DNA from: Vicugna vicugna
Lineage: Eukaryota
DNA length: 64,000 nucleotides
Reading direction: 5' to 3'
Assembly: GCA_013265495.1 (NCBI GenBank)
Contig: MU058463.1
Location: 3,827,037 to 3,891,036 of the forward strand
Part shown: positions 12,601-24,570 of the stretch, piece by piece
Layout: every line of letters begins with the position of its first letter
Position numbering within the stretch: the first letter of the stretch is position 1
The notes under the pieces: generated by a model
Told to the model about the DNA's origin: nothing
Seen by the model: only the letters and a program-made list of their open reading frames with translations
Databases searched by the model: none
Made by a program: the position numbers and the translations under genes

Positions 12601-12740
12601 TGTCAGGATTCTCAGAAAAACAGAGCCATTAAGATACACTCACACACATATTATTAAGAGTTGGTCCATGAACTTAGAAAGGCTGAGAGGTCTCACAGTC
12701 TATAGTTGCAAGCTGGAGAACCAGAAAAGCCAATGGTGTA
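12600..12740 (-). mobile_element. MLT2 (ERVL LTR) fragment
   Basis: gtcaggattctcagaaaaacagagcca...ggctgagaggtctcacagtct...gcaagctggagaaccagaaaagccaatggtgta matches the recalled MLT2 3' end in reverse orientation. Confidence 0.7.
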
Positions 12741-13690
12741 TGTGAAATGCATTAAGGCAATTCTTAGAAGAAATTTTATAGCCTTAAATATATATTTAGA
12801 TTAAAAAGACTCAAATCAGTGATATACATATCAATACCAAGAATTCAGAAAAGTAGCAAAAATAAGGGAAAAAAGAAAGTATTTAAATAAAGACAAATTA
12901 ATAAAATGTTTTAAAAAGTCAACTATTGTTTGTAAAAATTATATTTGTGAACCTCTAGCACAACTAATTAAGAAAATGATTAAAAAAAAGTAACAAATAA
13001 TCACTACAGGAATGAAAATGGGGACATCAATACAAATGGTAGAGTCATTAATAAGATAATGAGAAGATACTATTAACAACCTTTTGCCAATGAATTTGAA
13101 AATTTAGATGAAGTGACCAAATCCTAGAGAAACACAATGTACCAAAACTGATTCAAGAAGAAATAGAATAAAAAAATAGTTCCGTAGGTATTAAAGACAT
13201 TGAATCCAAAATTAAGAACCTTACCAAGGAAGAAACAAAAACAAAAATACATCCAGATTCAAACGGCCTAACAAGTAAAGTTTAAAAAGAAATAGCACCA
13301 AGCTTATACAGACTCTTCCAGAGAATCAAAAAAAGAGGGAGCAAGTAGCAACTTACTTATGAAGGCATTGTAACTTTCATACCAAAACCTAACAAAAATA
13401 TTGTAAGAAAAAACTACAGGTGAATCTTTCTCAAAAACTGAGATGTAATAGTCTTAAAGTATTAACCAATATATAAAAAGTATTATACATCATGACCAAG
13501 TCAGATTTTTTTCCTAGTTATTCAAAGGTGGTTTCACATTTGAAAACTAATAAATGCAATTTACTATATTACAGAACAAAGATGAGAAAAAATATTATAG
13601 TAGTTTCAGGAAAAATATTCAATGATTTGCAATATCCATTTATGATTTAAATAAATAGTAATTTTAGAAAAACTAAATAAGCCAAAAATA
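12741..13690 (+). mobile_element. Ancient LINE-1 ORF2 remnant (post-endonuclease region to start of RT)
   Basis: Degenerate ORF2 motifs: gccaatgaatttgaaaatttagatgaagtgaccaaatcctagag; ttcataccaaaacctaacaaa; atacatcatgaccaagt. Confidence 0.85.
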
Positions 13691-13694
13691 GAAG

Positions 13695-14000
13695 GCTTGA
13701 ATCTAGGCTGGTCTTTGTGATTTTCTTGACCAGTAGAAGATGGTGACATTCTGGGACTACTAGGCTTGATCATTAGAAGCTTCGAAATTTCTACCCAAGC
13801 TTTTCTGAACACTGCCATCTAAAAAGTCAACTATCCTGAGGTTATCATCTTGGAGAGGCCATATGTGGGCACTGTGGTAAATAGTCCCAACTGAGCCCAG
13901 CCTTCTGGCCACCCCCATAAAGAAGATAATATGTGAGAGAAGCCATCCATCAGCCGTATACCTCAAAGTGATCTCCATCAATGTCATATGAAATAAAAGA
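13695..14000 (+). mobile_element. MaLR LTR fragment (MLT1G/H-like)
   Basis: cttgaatctaggctggtctttgtga..ttgaccagtagaa; agtcccaactgagcccagccttctggcca. Confidence 0.6.
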
Positions 14001-14176
14001 ATTTTCAGGGTTATGTTCACTAAAAATGTAGCAATTGATGAAAAGTCAAGTACATCTTGTATTTAAATGGGATGGGGTAACAAATGTTACTGCTCATTTT
14101 CTTATTTAGTTGTAGAAGATCCGAGATGTCAGAAACTGCTACAATTACAGGGATCATCTATTTTCCTTCACTAAAA

Positions 14177-14546
14177 CAGGAGTCGACAAACATTTTGTGC
14201 AAAGTCTCAGATAGTAACTATTTCAGGCTTTGTGGGTCGAGTGGTCAAAAAGGATATTATACGTGTCATACTATAACAAGCGAGAAAAGAAACTTATAAA
14301 CAATTTTTATTCCAAATTCAAATACAATAATAACAATTGAGTATACTTTTTTGTAGTACAAGTCTGCTAACGAGAAGAATAGAATTCTTTTGGTAGTGAT
14401 TGCTGAATTGGGGTTCAAAATTAGTGTGTCCTATTATCAAATACATTGCAAATGCTTGTCTATAAAAAGCATTCTTAGCTCATGGGCCATACAAAAACAG
14501 GCAGCAGGTCAGATCTGGCTCACAGGCTGTAGTTTGCCAACGTCTG
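14177..14546. mobile_element. hAT-Charlie MITE (MER58-like)
   Basis: Imperfect terminal inverted repeats caggagtcgacaaac / gtttgccaacgtctg; internal MER58 motifs (ttcaggctttgtgggtc; tgggccatacaaaaacaggcagcagg). Confidence 0.85.
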
Positions 14547-16696
14547 CAATGCAATTTTAAAAAATTGGATACTTTCCTTAAAGCTCATCTGCAAGTAGGT
14601 GAAAGCACAGGTCAGTTTGTTGTTGTTTTATATGCTCTTCTACTGGCTTGGGGCAGGGTAGGGCAGATCCACAAACGCTGGCTTGGTACCTTTATGTGAT
14701 TACTGAGATATACGGGTAAAGGAACAGGACTTTGTCCTTCAGGCTTTTCATTACTTTTTTCTACATCTCTTGGCTTTCCTTAAGACCCCGTTTCAAAAGC
14801 CTCCCCATCTCTCTGGCGTAGAATCTTTGAAGGGCTTTACTGACTTTAAAAATAATGTGCATCTTAAGACTCAGCTGACTCATTCTCTATTGATAAAATC
14901 TCTCTAACCAACTCTAGTCATCTTTACTGTAAAAAATTTTTTTCAACTTTATTTAGGTTGTAATTAAAACTGCTTTGAATTTAATAAAAATAGAGGATAG
15001 TTATTTATCTGCAAATATTCTCTCCATACCTTAAAGATAGCCCTAGAGATCCACTTTCATACTTTCCTCTAAGTGTGTGACGTCTCCTTGACTACAGGAA
15101 GTGTGTTGCTAAGAAGCACATTGTTGTACTGGATCTAAGACAAAAACCAACACCATCAATGAAAATACTTATGTCATATGGTTATTTCCTACCGGTAATT
15201 AGCTATGGGTTTTTTGTTAAAACCCAACAGACTCTATCTGGAAAACAATGTGATCTGAGATGAATCAACATTCCTAGAAACTTCCAGTAACTCCTACTAA
15301 AAATTGTACACTATCATTAAATCAACTCATGTGTTGCTAGCAAACACTCTTCAGACAGTTGAATTTAATTACTCTACAACTGAAACAGTACTATGTTAGA
15401 AAAAAAACCAACATTTTAACTGCCATTACTAAGCATACTCCCATTCTCCCATTTTACTTTTTTACACAAAAACATTCATTTTGCCCCACTAGTACTACTT
15501 TTTGGGATTTGAGAATTAAATTATTATTTTTTATCTTTTTAATATATTTTTCAGCATATTTTAATCAGATTAATTAAAATTATTTTTGAAATTTTCTAGT
15601 TGCATAATTTATCTGAAATGATAGAGGACAGTAAGAAATGTATAAGGTACAAAATTAGCAAATCTATTTTTAAATTAGCAAATAGTTATGCAAATGGTTA
15701 ACCTAGAAGTGGAATTTCTTCATTTTTCCCTATGACTGGAAATTCAAAGGAGGTCATATCTATTTTTCCTTCAGACTCTCTACATAGTGCTTCTTCATGT
15801 ATTTATGGCCTTCTAATGAGTGAGTTCTCTTATGTGCACATCTTATCTCCCTTACCAGGGACTTTGCCTGCCCCATGTCCACATTTTTCCATCTGATGCA
15901 CTAGACTAATGAGGGGTCAAATTAGGTTGTTTAAATCACCAGCTCCAGTGAGTTCCCACCAACTTGAGCATTTTCACTTTGTTAATAAGGCAGTGAAAAG
16001 ATGGCTGTGAACACTGTCTGCTTTCCTAACAGGAAAAGCAGCTCCAGCTGACTAGACCTTAACTTTGGGGTGGGCCTTTTCTCTGGAACATACCAATTAA
16101 GACTCTAAGAAACACAGCATGTTTTGTTTACCTAACATGTTAATATGTCATCCCCTTTCTATTGGAACAGATTCTCTTATGAGAACAATAAGCTTTTTAA
16201 AATGTTGACTTGTGAGGTTTTTTGTTTTTGTTTGTCTGTTTGCTAGTTTTTGTCTTGATGAAGGTGCATTCATATCATAAGCCTGGCCGTGACAGTTCCT
16301 AACAGCACAACAGAGTTCACTGCAGCAAATTTGTTTACTTCCAAATGGCAGATTCATCAGAAGACCTGTTAGCTGCTGGCTTTGTGCGTTGCCTGGGAAT
16401 GGAATTGAAGAACTGCACAAAAGGACCTCTTGACTCTTCTGAGTGCTTTTCATGAAAGGACACGAATGTGATCCATAATTTTATTTACCATTTCTGTATT
16501 ACCTCATCAGGATTGATCCGTTTTGTCTCTGTGTGCTCTGGGAGGGATGGCTCAGTCTTAAAGTAATCATACATTGCAGGGAGTTCCTTGTCAATCATTT
16601 GATTTTTCAGTGAATGTTATTTGCAGTACCTGGAGTATCTTATTCTGCTCTGAGTTTTCCCAAAGCAGTTTATTTGCATCTCTTTTACAACCTTTA

Positions 16697-17050
16697 GTAT
16701 GTTGAAGTCCAAATCTCCAGTACCTGAAAATATGGCTGTATTTGGAGATAAGGTCTTTAAAGAGGTAATTAAAGTAAAATGAAGTTATTAGGGTGAGTCT
16801 TAATTCAATATGACTGGAGTCCTTTTGAGAATAGGAGATTAGGACACAGACACGCAGAGAAGGAGGACTGTGTGAAGACACAGGTAGAAGGCAGCCAGCT
16901 ACAAGACAAGGAGAGAGGCCTCAGAAGAAACCAAATTTGTCAACACCTTGACTTCAGACTTCTAGCCTCCAGAACTGTGAGAAAATAATTTCTGTTAAGC
17001 TGCCAATAATTTCTGGTACTTTGTTATGGCAGCCCTAGGAAAAGACTCTA
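16697..17050 (+). mobile_element. MaLR LTR (MLT1B-like)
   Basis: gtatttggagataaggtctttaaagaggtaattaa...gacttctagcctccagaactgtgagaaaata...ttgttatggcagcccta. Confidence 0.88.
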
Positions 17051-17417
17051 GTATGCCACCTTGGGTAATAGTCATTTATGCATATATACTAGCTCCTAGG
17101 GGTTAACCTTATGAATTCTTTGAAATCAAAGTCAATGTCATAAACATTCATGTCCTCTACAGTGCATCCTTTACAGACAGTACTTATTCAATAAATATAA
17201 ACTGAGTGAATAAATTTAATTAATTATAAAATACAGAAATGGTAAAAGATTTATCTACAAAATATTTTAAAACAAGCTTAGAAATGCATTTTTGAAAAGA
17301 CATTGACATTTAAATACAGTATTACAGAAAAGGATTTAAAGGTAGTATTATCTTTTACAGTAAATAATATCTATTATTATGTTATGATCATGAGAGGGAT
17401 TTAAGAGATATGATAAT

Positions 17418-17876
17418 TGTATTAGTTTTCTACTGCTGCTGTAAGAAATTAGTGACTTAAAATATATCACAAGTTTATTTTCTTATAGTTCAGAAAGTCA
17501 GAAGTCTAAAGTCAGGGTGTTGGCAGGACCGGTTCCTTATGGAGGCTTCAGGAGAGAGTCTGTTTCCTTCCATTTTCCAGCTTCTAGAGGGTGCCTGCAT
17601 TTCTTGGCTTTCTGGCCCCTTCCTCCATCTGCAAAGGGCATCACTCCAACCTCTGGTTCTGTCATCACATCTCCTTTTTCTGACTTTGACCCTCCTGGCT
17701 CCCTCATAAAAATCCTTGTGATTATATTGAGCCCACCCAGATAATCCAGGGTAATCTCCCCATCTTAAAATCTTTAATTCAATAACATCTACTTTTACCA
17801 TGTAAGGTAAAATAGTCACAAGTCCTGGGAGTGAGAACGTGTACATCTTTGGGGGACTGTTGGTCAGCCTGCCACA
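17418..17876 (-). mobile_element. MaLR LTR (MLT1C/D-like)
   Basis: tgtattagttttctactgctgctgtaa...cccacccagataatccagggtaatctccc...cagcctgccaca. It accounts for the 147-aa ORF 17490..17933. Confidence 0.88.
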
Positions 17877-20800
17877 AACTTGGGCAGGCTCTGGGGCTAG
17901 TAATGCTGTAACAGAGGCAAATGAAGAGGCCAAGATGGCCTCGGGGACTACACAGAAAAGGAAGTGGGGAAAGGAACTTGCTGCGAGGTGAGTACTAGGA
18001 AAGGCAGCTGGGCAGGCTGAGGGCCAGTATGCAACAAGACGTCAAGCTCAGGCATGGTCATGGAAGGAAAGGTTACTCCCCGTTTCCATCAAGCTCTCTA
18101 TCACAGTAAATTAACTTTTAATGTATTAGTGGGATGGAGATGTGGAAAGTATGTATCTGCTAAATTTGAAACTTAATTGCATTCAGATTACGAATTCTGG
18201 CAATCGCTCAGGTCCATGTCCTAAAGAGCATTTGCAGAGGTACCATTTGTAAAACACTATTTTATGTGATATAATCAGTTTTAATAGGGCTGCTGAGAAA
18301 GTGACACCATTAGATTTCAGGGATCTGTATGTAATAATTGTATCTCTGTAGGAAGCATAAAGTTTAATAATTCAAAGACTAGAATCAATTAGGCACTCTA
18401 GGTTGGATGTTATGCAAATACAGAACAAACATAAATAAGTACAAACCAAAGCAATTTTGGTTTTGGAAATAAATGGTGAAATTGCTTTTTGTTTTGTTTT
18501 GCCACAATTTCCCAGATCCATTTTCCACTGAATTAAGTCCAACCCTATAGCCATATGAAGTGAACATACTTTATGAATCTCTTTAGTGTTTTCACCAGTA
18601 TCTAATTACTGACTATAGAGTTTTAAGTTTCTTATTAAATATAAAACTAAATCATATATTTATGACTTAGAGAATGTTAAATGTACCAAAAATTAGTCAG
18701 TGTTTGACACACACATGCATGCAAACTTTTGTCATGTTATGAAAGCACTCAAAATATATAAGGCATCTGAATAACTTTGAAACTCTTAAAATACCACATG
18801 CACATCAAACATTACTGGAACTTTTTAAAATAGTCACTATAGTTTATATATATACACACACATATAATTATATGAATAAATAGACAAATTCAATATTTTC
18901 TATCACTGGGTAGAGTAGCAAATAGGAGTTCTTTTCTCAGTTTTAAGTCTTTAATAGATGAATAGCCATAGGGAACACACACAACTGCTCCAAGACTTAG
19001 TTTCCTCCTCTGAAAAATGAAGGGATTGAATGAAGGGATTGCATAAATCACTCTGACTCTAGACTCTGTGATGTTAAGTCTGTATGTCCTCGTGACTCAA
19101 ATCGTAAAACCCCCTTATGGTGAATTTCATACAAGCTTTACAATTTTTTCTCAAAATAAAAGTTAGAAGGAAATTCAATAGTAGGATTCACATATTGTTC
19201 CCATAGAACCTAGAGACAAAATAGCCAAAAGCGATGGATTATTAAGCCAAAGAAAGCCTTGGAACCCTTTAATAAAAGGATGGAACATCAATTTCCTTCT
19301 ATCTCAGTCTGTCTTCTTACAAGCTCCTAGATGCTCCTGTATAGTGGGTGCTCTGGGAATTCAGGTGTGTTTTCCCAGTAAGAGTTGAAATACAAATGAG
19401 GCAAGAAAGCAAAAATGGAAGGATGGTCATTAGTTGATATTCTTGACAAAAGAATTTGAGAACTACATTTGGGTGTGATATTAGCTCTACAATGCACACG
19501 GCACACAAACAAGCTATTTTGACAGTGTGTGAAAGAGACCAAGAAAAGCATTTATAAAGAAGCATTCAGAGTATAGAACCTGCAGAAGACTGTGAGCCAT
19601 TAGCAAAAGCGGAGAAATAACTCTGTTGTGGCAAACTCTTACTTGCAATGGTTTTCTTCTAATTACACATTTAATTATAAATGCTCCCTTACCTGGCTGA
19701 GACCTGCCTGGCCTGGCCATCTGTAGGGGTTACCCCTAGCACCCACTGGCTGTGTGTAGGAAAGGTTAGAGCATGTCTGCAGAGAAGAACAGATGGGTGC
19801 ATTTGCCCGTAGGCAGTTCTGTCTCCCCAAAAGAACCAGCTTGTCCTGGCAGAAGGGTTTAGAAAATGAGCTGAAGGAAGACAGAGTAAAAACATCACCA
19901 TTTCTCCCATCACATGCATAACTGGAAGCTATATGCTTTAGTCTTCTTAATTACAAAAAGCCAGTAAACAAGTAGCATATCTATAGTTTTCTGTAACCAA
20001 CTGAGAATGACTTTTATTAGATTTCATGGTTAATGAACTAAGTATCTGGGAATTAGTGAGGGGTATCTTTATTTTACTATAGAACAGCTAAAATAAGACA
20101 AATTTGGCCATGAATGCTACTAAAAGCCTTTCAAAAAAACATCCCCTGCACTAACCAAAGTTTAACCCATGACGAAGACAATGGTTTACATACAAAATAA
20201 AAACAAAATTTAAGCAATTACCTAATTATTTTTGTCAAAGACATCACCTGAGCTGCTTAGAACACCAACATTTGCTTTTTTTCCTCTCCAAATCAGGTAC
20301 ATACTATGGAAAATCCAGGCAATTTCCTTTACAGCACAGTAGGAAGTCTACAGTTTTTCAAGAAAAAACACATTCTCTAGTGAGCTCCAAATAAGAAAAT
20401 GTCCTTTCTGATTCATTCATTCATTTTTCTGACTTGTTACACATCACCTCATCACTGACCTCAGAGACAAGCTTGGTACATTTACGAATGGACAGGTGTT
20501 CTTCCTCAGACCTGGCGCACCAATTACAAGGGAAGCTGGAGAATATAAAACCAAAGAACACAGGCAATAAATCCTCAACCTAGTTGCTCAGAATCTACTT
20601 AAGGTAAGCTGGTAAGTACTGGAAGAAGTCCAAGGTGCCCAAACACTTTCGCAGTTTTGCAGTATCATAGAATATTAGATCTCAAAGGGTAAGATGATAT
20701 CCTAACACCCAAGTGTGAAGCACTCAAAGCAAATGTACAAGGTCTGGCTCTCTCATGGCCTGGCCTGTCCCAGTGGTGAGACTCACAGCATCCAAGAAGA

Positions 20801-23199
20801 GAGAGAAATGGCATATCTTTCAGGCAATTGCATACCTTTGACTATTAGATATTCATATATCTGTGGATATTATCCCTTTAGCCAGTTTTAAATATTAGGT
20901 ATTAATTTTGTTCCTCTAAATGGCATTTTTGAAAATGATTGAGTAGCAGGGTCTTTAAGGTTAAAATTTTTATAGTAGGAAACCTGAGTATGGTGAGGCT
21001 ATATTTCTAATTAAGGGCAGATCAATAGGTTTTTCAAATCAACTGAAACTAGTGGTTATCTTCTATGAGCACTGAAGAGCTGACCGAGGACTCGTGGCCA
21101 CTGGACACCTGCATGGAGGACTGATAAAGTATTGTCATTGTGGAGGTCACCCTTCATGCTACCAGTTAAGCATCACTCTTGACATAGCATATTACTTTTT
21201 CTCTTAGAAAAAGAGAGAGTTCTAATAAATACTTGGTGATTTCTTTTTATTTTTCTCTAAAATGGATTGAAATGTCTCTGTTGTGTTATTTTAGTGTGTG
21301 TATGTGTGTGTGGTGGTGACTGAAGAAACTGAGCCCAGCTAGGTAACAGAGAGATTGAATTAGAAACAATTTCTTCATTCTGCTCTACATGATTTTAAGC
21401 AACTAGATGCTTCCATTAAAACCAGTGATTGAGATCAGAGGGAGCAAACAACTGATTGAATTTTCCACTTCCATCTAGTCACATGCTTCTGCTTGAAAAA
21501 GCTAACAGTAAATAGTACCAATTATCTCATATGCAAAATGGTACAAGTCTCAAGGTGCAATTTCAAAATTCCTTCTAAAGATAAGCCAGTGAGCAACAAA
21601 ATCTACAAATTACTTGCTGCTAAAAGACAGACAAAAATTACATTTTCTTCCACGTGACATCCGACAGAGATCACTCAAATTCAAAATAAGACATCAGCTC
21701 TATGAAGTAACCAGATTATCCTAATTGTATAAGCCAAATGTTTGTCTATTGCATTATAGAAGCAAAACAGCAGGATTGTTGCTGTGCATGTTCATAGGTC
21801 AGGATGCAGTTCCTTGGAGATGTTGATGTGGAAATGTAATAATTTAAAAATCACAAAGGTTGTCTAATCTTTTACTGGAAAAAAAAAAGGACAATACTTT
21901 GCACATATCTTCTCTACCATACCACTTCAGCTCTTAGATATATTTTAAATTTTATTCAAAATTATTTTGCATAATACTTTTTATAAATAGCACTCTATAT
22001 ATCGATAAAATAATAAAAAAGATTCAAGGTAATCATATACTACTGACCAGTTAAAGCTTCAACCAACCAAAGGAATTTCCTATCAAACACATAGAAGCTT
22101 TTGCTAACATTGTCCTTGTTTTCACAGAAATGCTATAAAAGCTATTCTAACAAATTCCCCTTTTTAACGTACAATTTGCCTCTACCCTGGTAAACATGAG
22201 CTTTCCCTGTTATGCTGCAACAACTAAAGGGCCAGTCTGCAAAAAGATTTCACAATAGTTAAGCAGATGTTTAAACATCTGTTTCTGAGTAAACAACAAA
22301 AAGTAAAGCCGGCCCTTCAAAGAGGTGCCCCAAGTGAAATTCGTTTCCATCGTGCAACACTGCTTACTCTGTGTTGAGCAGTCAGTTATGCATGTTGGAA
22401 GGTGTGCCCAGAAGCCTGAAATAACTCAAAGGTGAGACAGGACTTGGCCACAAACAACAATGTTCATGATGACTGTGTAGGGCAACTGACCGTGCAGGAC
22501 TCAGAGCATACTGCAGGTGGGTTAAGCCTTGTGTTTATGAGTATGACTTAGTAAACAAGAACCAGAGATTTTAGCACAGGCTAAGCAGGTGACATACAAC
22601 ATCAGGAGCAAGCAGAGTGAAGGAAGGAAAGCTGGCTTCCCTGGAGACAGCCTGAGAGCTGCTTGCCCGTCCCTGAGGAGGAGGCTGATGTAATGGTACA
22701 TAACCTTCAGGTCACTGAGCTGCAGAGAACAGCCCAAGGGGCTCTTGGCAAAGACGATGTTGCTTTTGTCTGGTCTCATGTGGAAATATGTTAAGTGGGA
22801 AACCAGAGCTGAAATGGTGGCCTCCAGACAACTTGGGTTTTGTTATCTGCTGTAAGTGTGCTCTGGGTGTGGCCACGCCCGAGTCCCAGTCCTTCAGGGT
22901 CGCAGTGTGGGGCCAGTGTGGTGGATTATGGGACCTTTCATGGGGCCTTTGGGAAGACTCCAGGAAATAGCTCTGGATGGGGAGCTGGGAGTGTATCTCA
23001 GATTAGTGGTCACCTGTGAGCCAGACCTGACCTTGCCACATAAGTTCCATCTTCCAGAGTCTTACCTCAGCCCTTCTTTCTCAACCCCTTGTCTCTGCAA
23101 TCGGCCGGTCCCTCGAGTCCTTCCCAAGGTCATTCAAGTTCTTCTAAATTATCTTCCTGCCTCCAGTCTCTCATCTTTTCATTCCACCCTTCAAGAATT

Positions 23200-24570
23200 A
23201 TTTTTTCAAGGTTACATTTGGTTTTTGAATACAAAAGTAATGCATGTCTATAACAGAAAAAATATTCAATAGAAAAAAACCTAAAAAAGCCAAAATCACT
23301 CATAATCCCACTTTTATCTTTTAATGGATATAAAATAAGTGAAAACCCTTTCCTTCTCTCCTTTATCTTTAGCACCTAGCTCTGTAGCCACCATCAAGAG
23401 ATCATTTTATACTCTCAGATTTTATTCTATGCTTATAGGAATATATATTTTGTTGGGTTTTTTCTCAAGTGAAAATAGAATCAGGTTATGAATATGGTTT
23501 TGCAATGTGCTTTTTGTTTTACTTACAATGAGTATTTTTCCCAGTCAGTACATATGAATCTATAACTTCCTTTTTAATTGCAATATGAATTTTCTTTCCT
23601 AAATATTCTGTAATTGATGTAGCCATTTTCCTCTTAATTGAGAGTTCTCCCCTAATTTTTGGCTACAATGAGCATCCCTGGACATTTATTTTGTGTGTAA
23701 TTAAGCTACTATTTATAAAGGATAGACCTCTAAAAATTTCCAGATCAAAGGTTATGCATATTTTAATTTTGATAGAAAATGTCAATTTGCCTTACTTAAA
23801 GCTATATCCATCCATATTCACTCCCATCGATACAATTATGAAAGTGCCCATTTTCCCTCACCAAAGGCATGTGTTATCAATCTACTGAAAAGCTGCCAAT
23901 CAAGTGGGTGAATAAGATATCTTGTTATCATTTAATTTTCATTTACTTAATAATTACTGAAATGGATCATTTCTTCATAAGGTTATTGGGCATTTATATT
24001 CCCTCTTTCATTAATTTCCTCTCTGGGTTCTTTATCAGTTCTCCATTTGGCTGATTGTCTTTTTCATAGCTATTAGTAGAATGTTAGTAAAATATTCTGA
24101 ATCGTAACCTTTTGTCTTTATATGTGGCATATATTTTTCTCTGATTCTCTCACTTATCTTTTACCTTTACTTTTATCTTTTCAAATAATTTTTTTAATAT
24201 GTTGATTTTCTTTATGGTTTGTAGGTTTATACCATACTGAGAAAGTCCTTCCTCATCCCACAATTATAAACCTATTTTTCCTTCCTTTATTCTAGCATTT
24301 TTGTAGCTTTTCTTCATGTCTAGATCTTTAATTATCTGGATTGTATTTTGGGGAAAAGTGTGGTATAGAGCCCTAACTAGATAACCAAGTATTTTAACAT
24401 CATTTGGAATAACAATTTTCCCTATCACTTCTGAAATTCCGTAATTGTTATACTAAATTTCCAGATGTGTTAGTGGATGTTTTTAATATAGACAAAGTGT
24501 ATGTGCATGTGTGTGCGTGTGTAGCTGCTACATATATACACATGTTTTAATATTTGGTAGGCAAATTTCC
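23200..24570 (-). mobile_element. Ancient LINE-1 (L1M) 3' region remnant
   Basis: T-rich, degenerate reverse ORF2/3'UTR sequence (atgaaagtgcccattttccctca; ttaattttcatttacttaataattactgaaatggatcatttcttcata; gaaagtccttcctcatccca). Confidence 0.7.

Noticed and set aside
17490..17933. 147-aa ORF
   Set aside because: Lies almost entirely within an MLT1 LTR; no recognisable protein.
20510..20605. Plus-strand exon candidate (cttcctcag|ACCTGG...AAG|gtaagc)
   Set aside because: Stops in all three frames, a short pyrimidine tract, and no other supporting + strand exons.
22856..23272. 138-aa ORF
   Set aside because: Non-ATG start, no recognisable domain, and it runs into an old L1 remnant. Expected by chance in a GC-richer patch.
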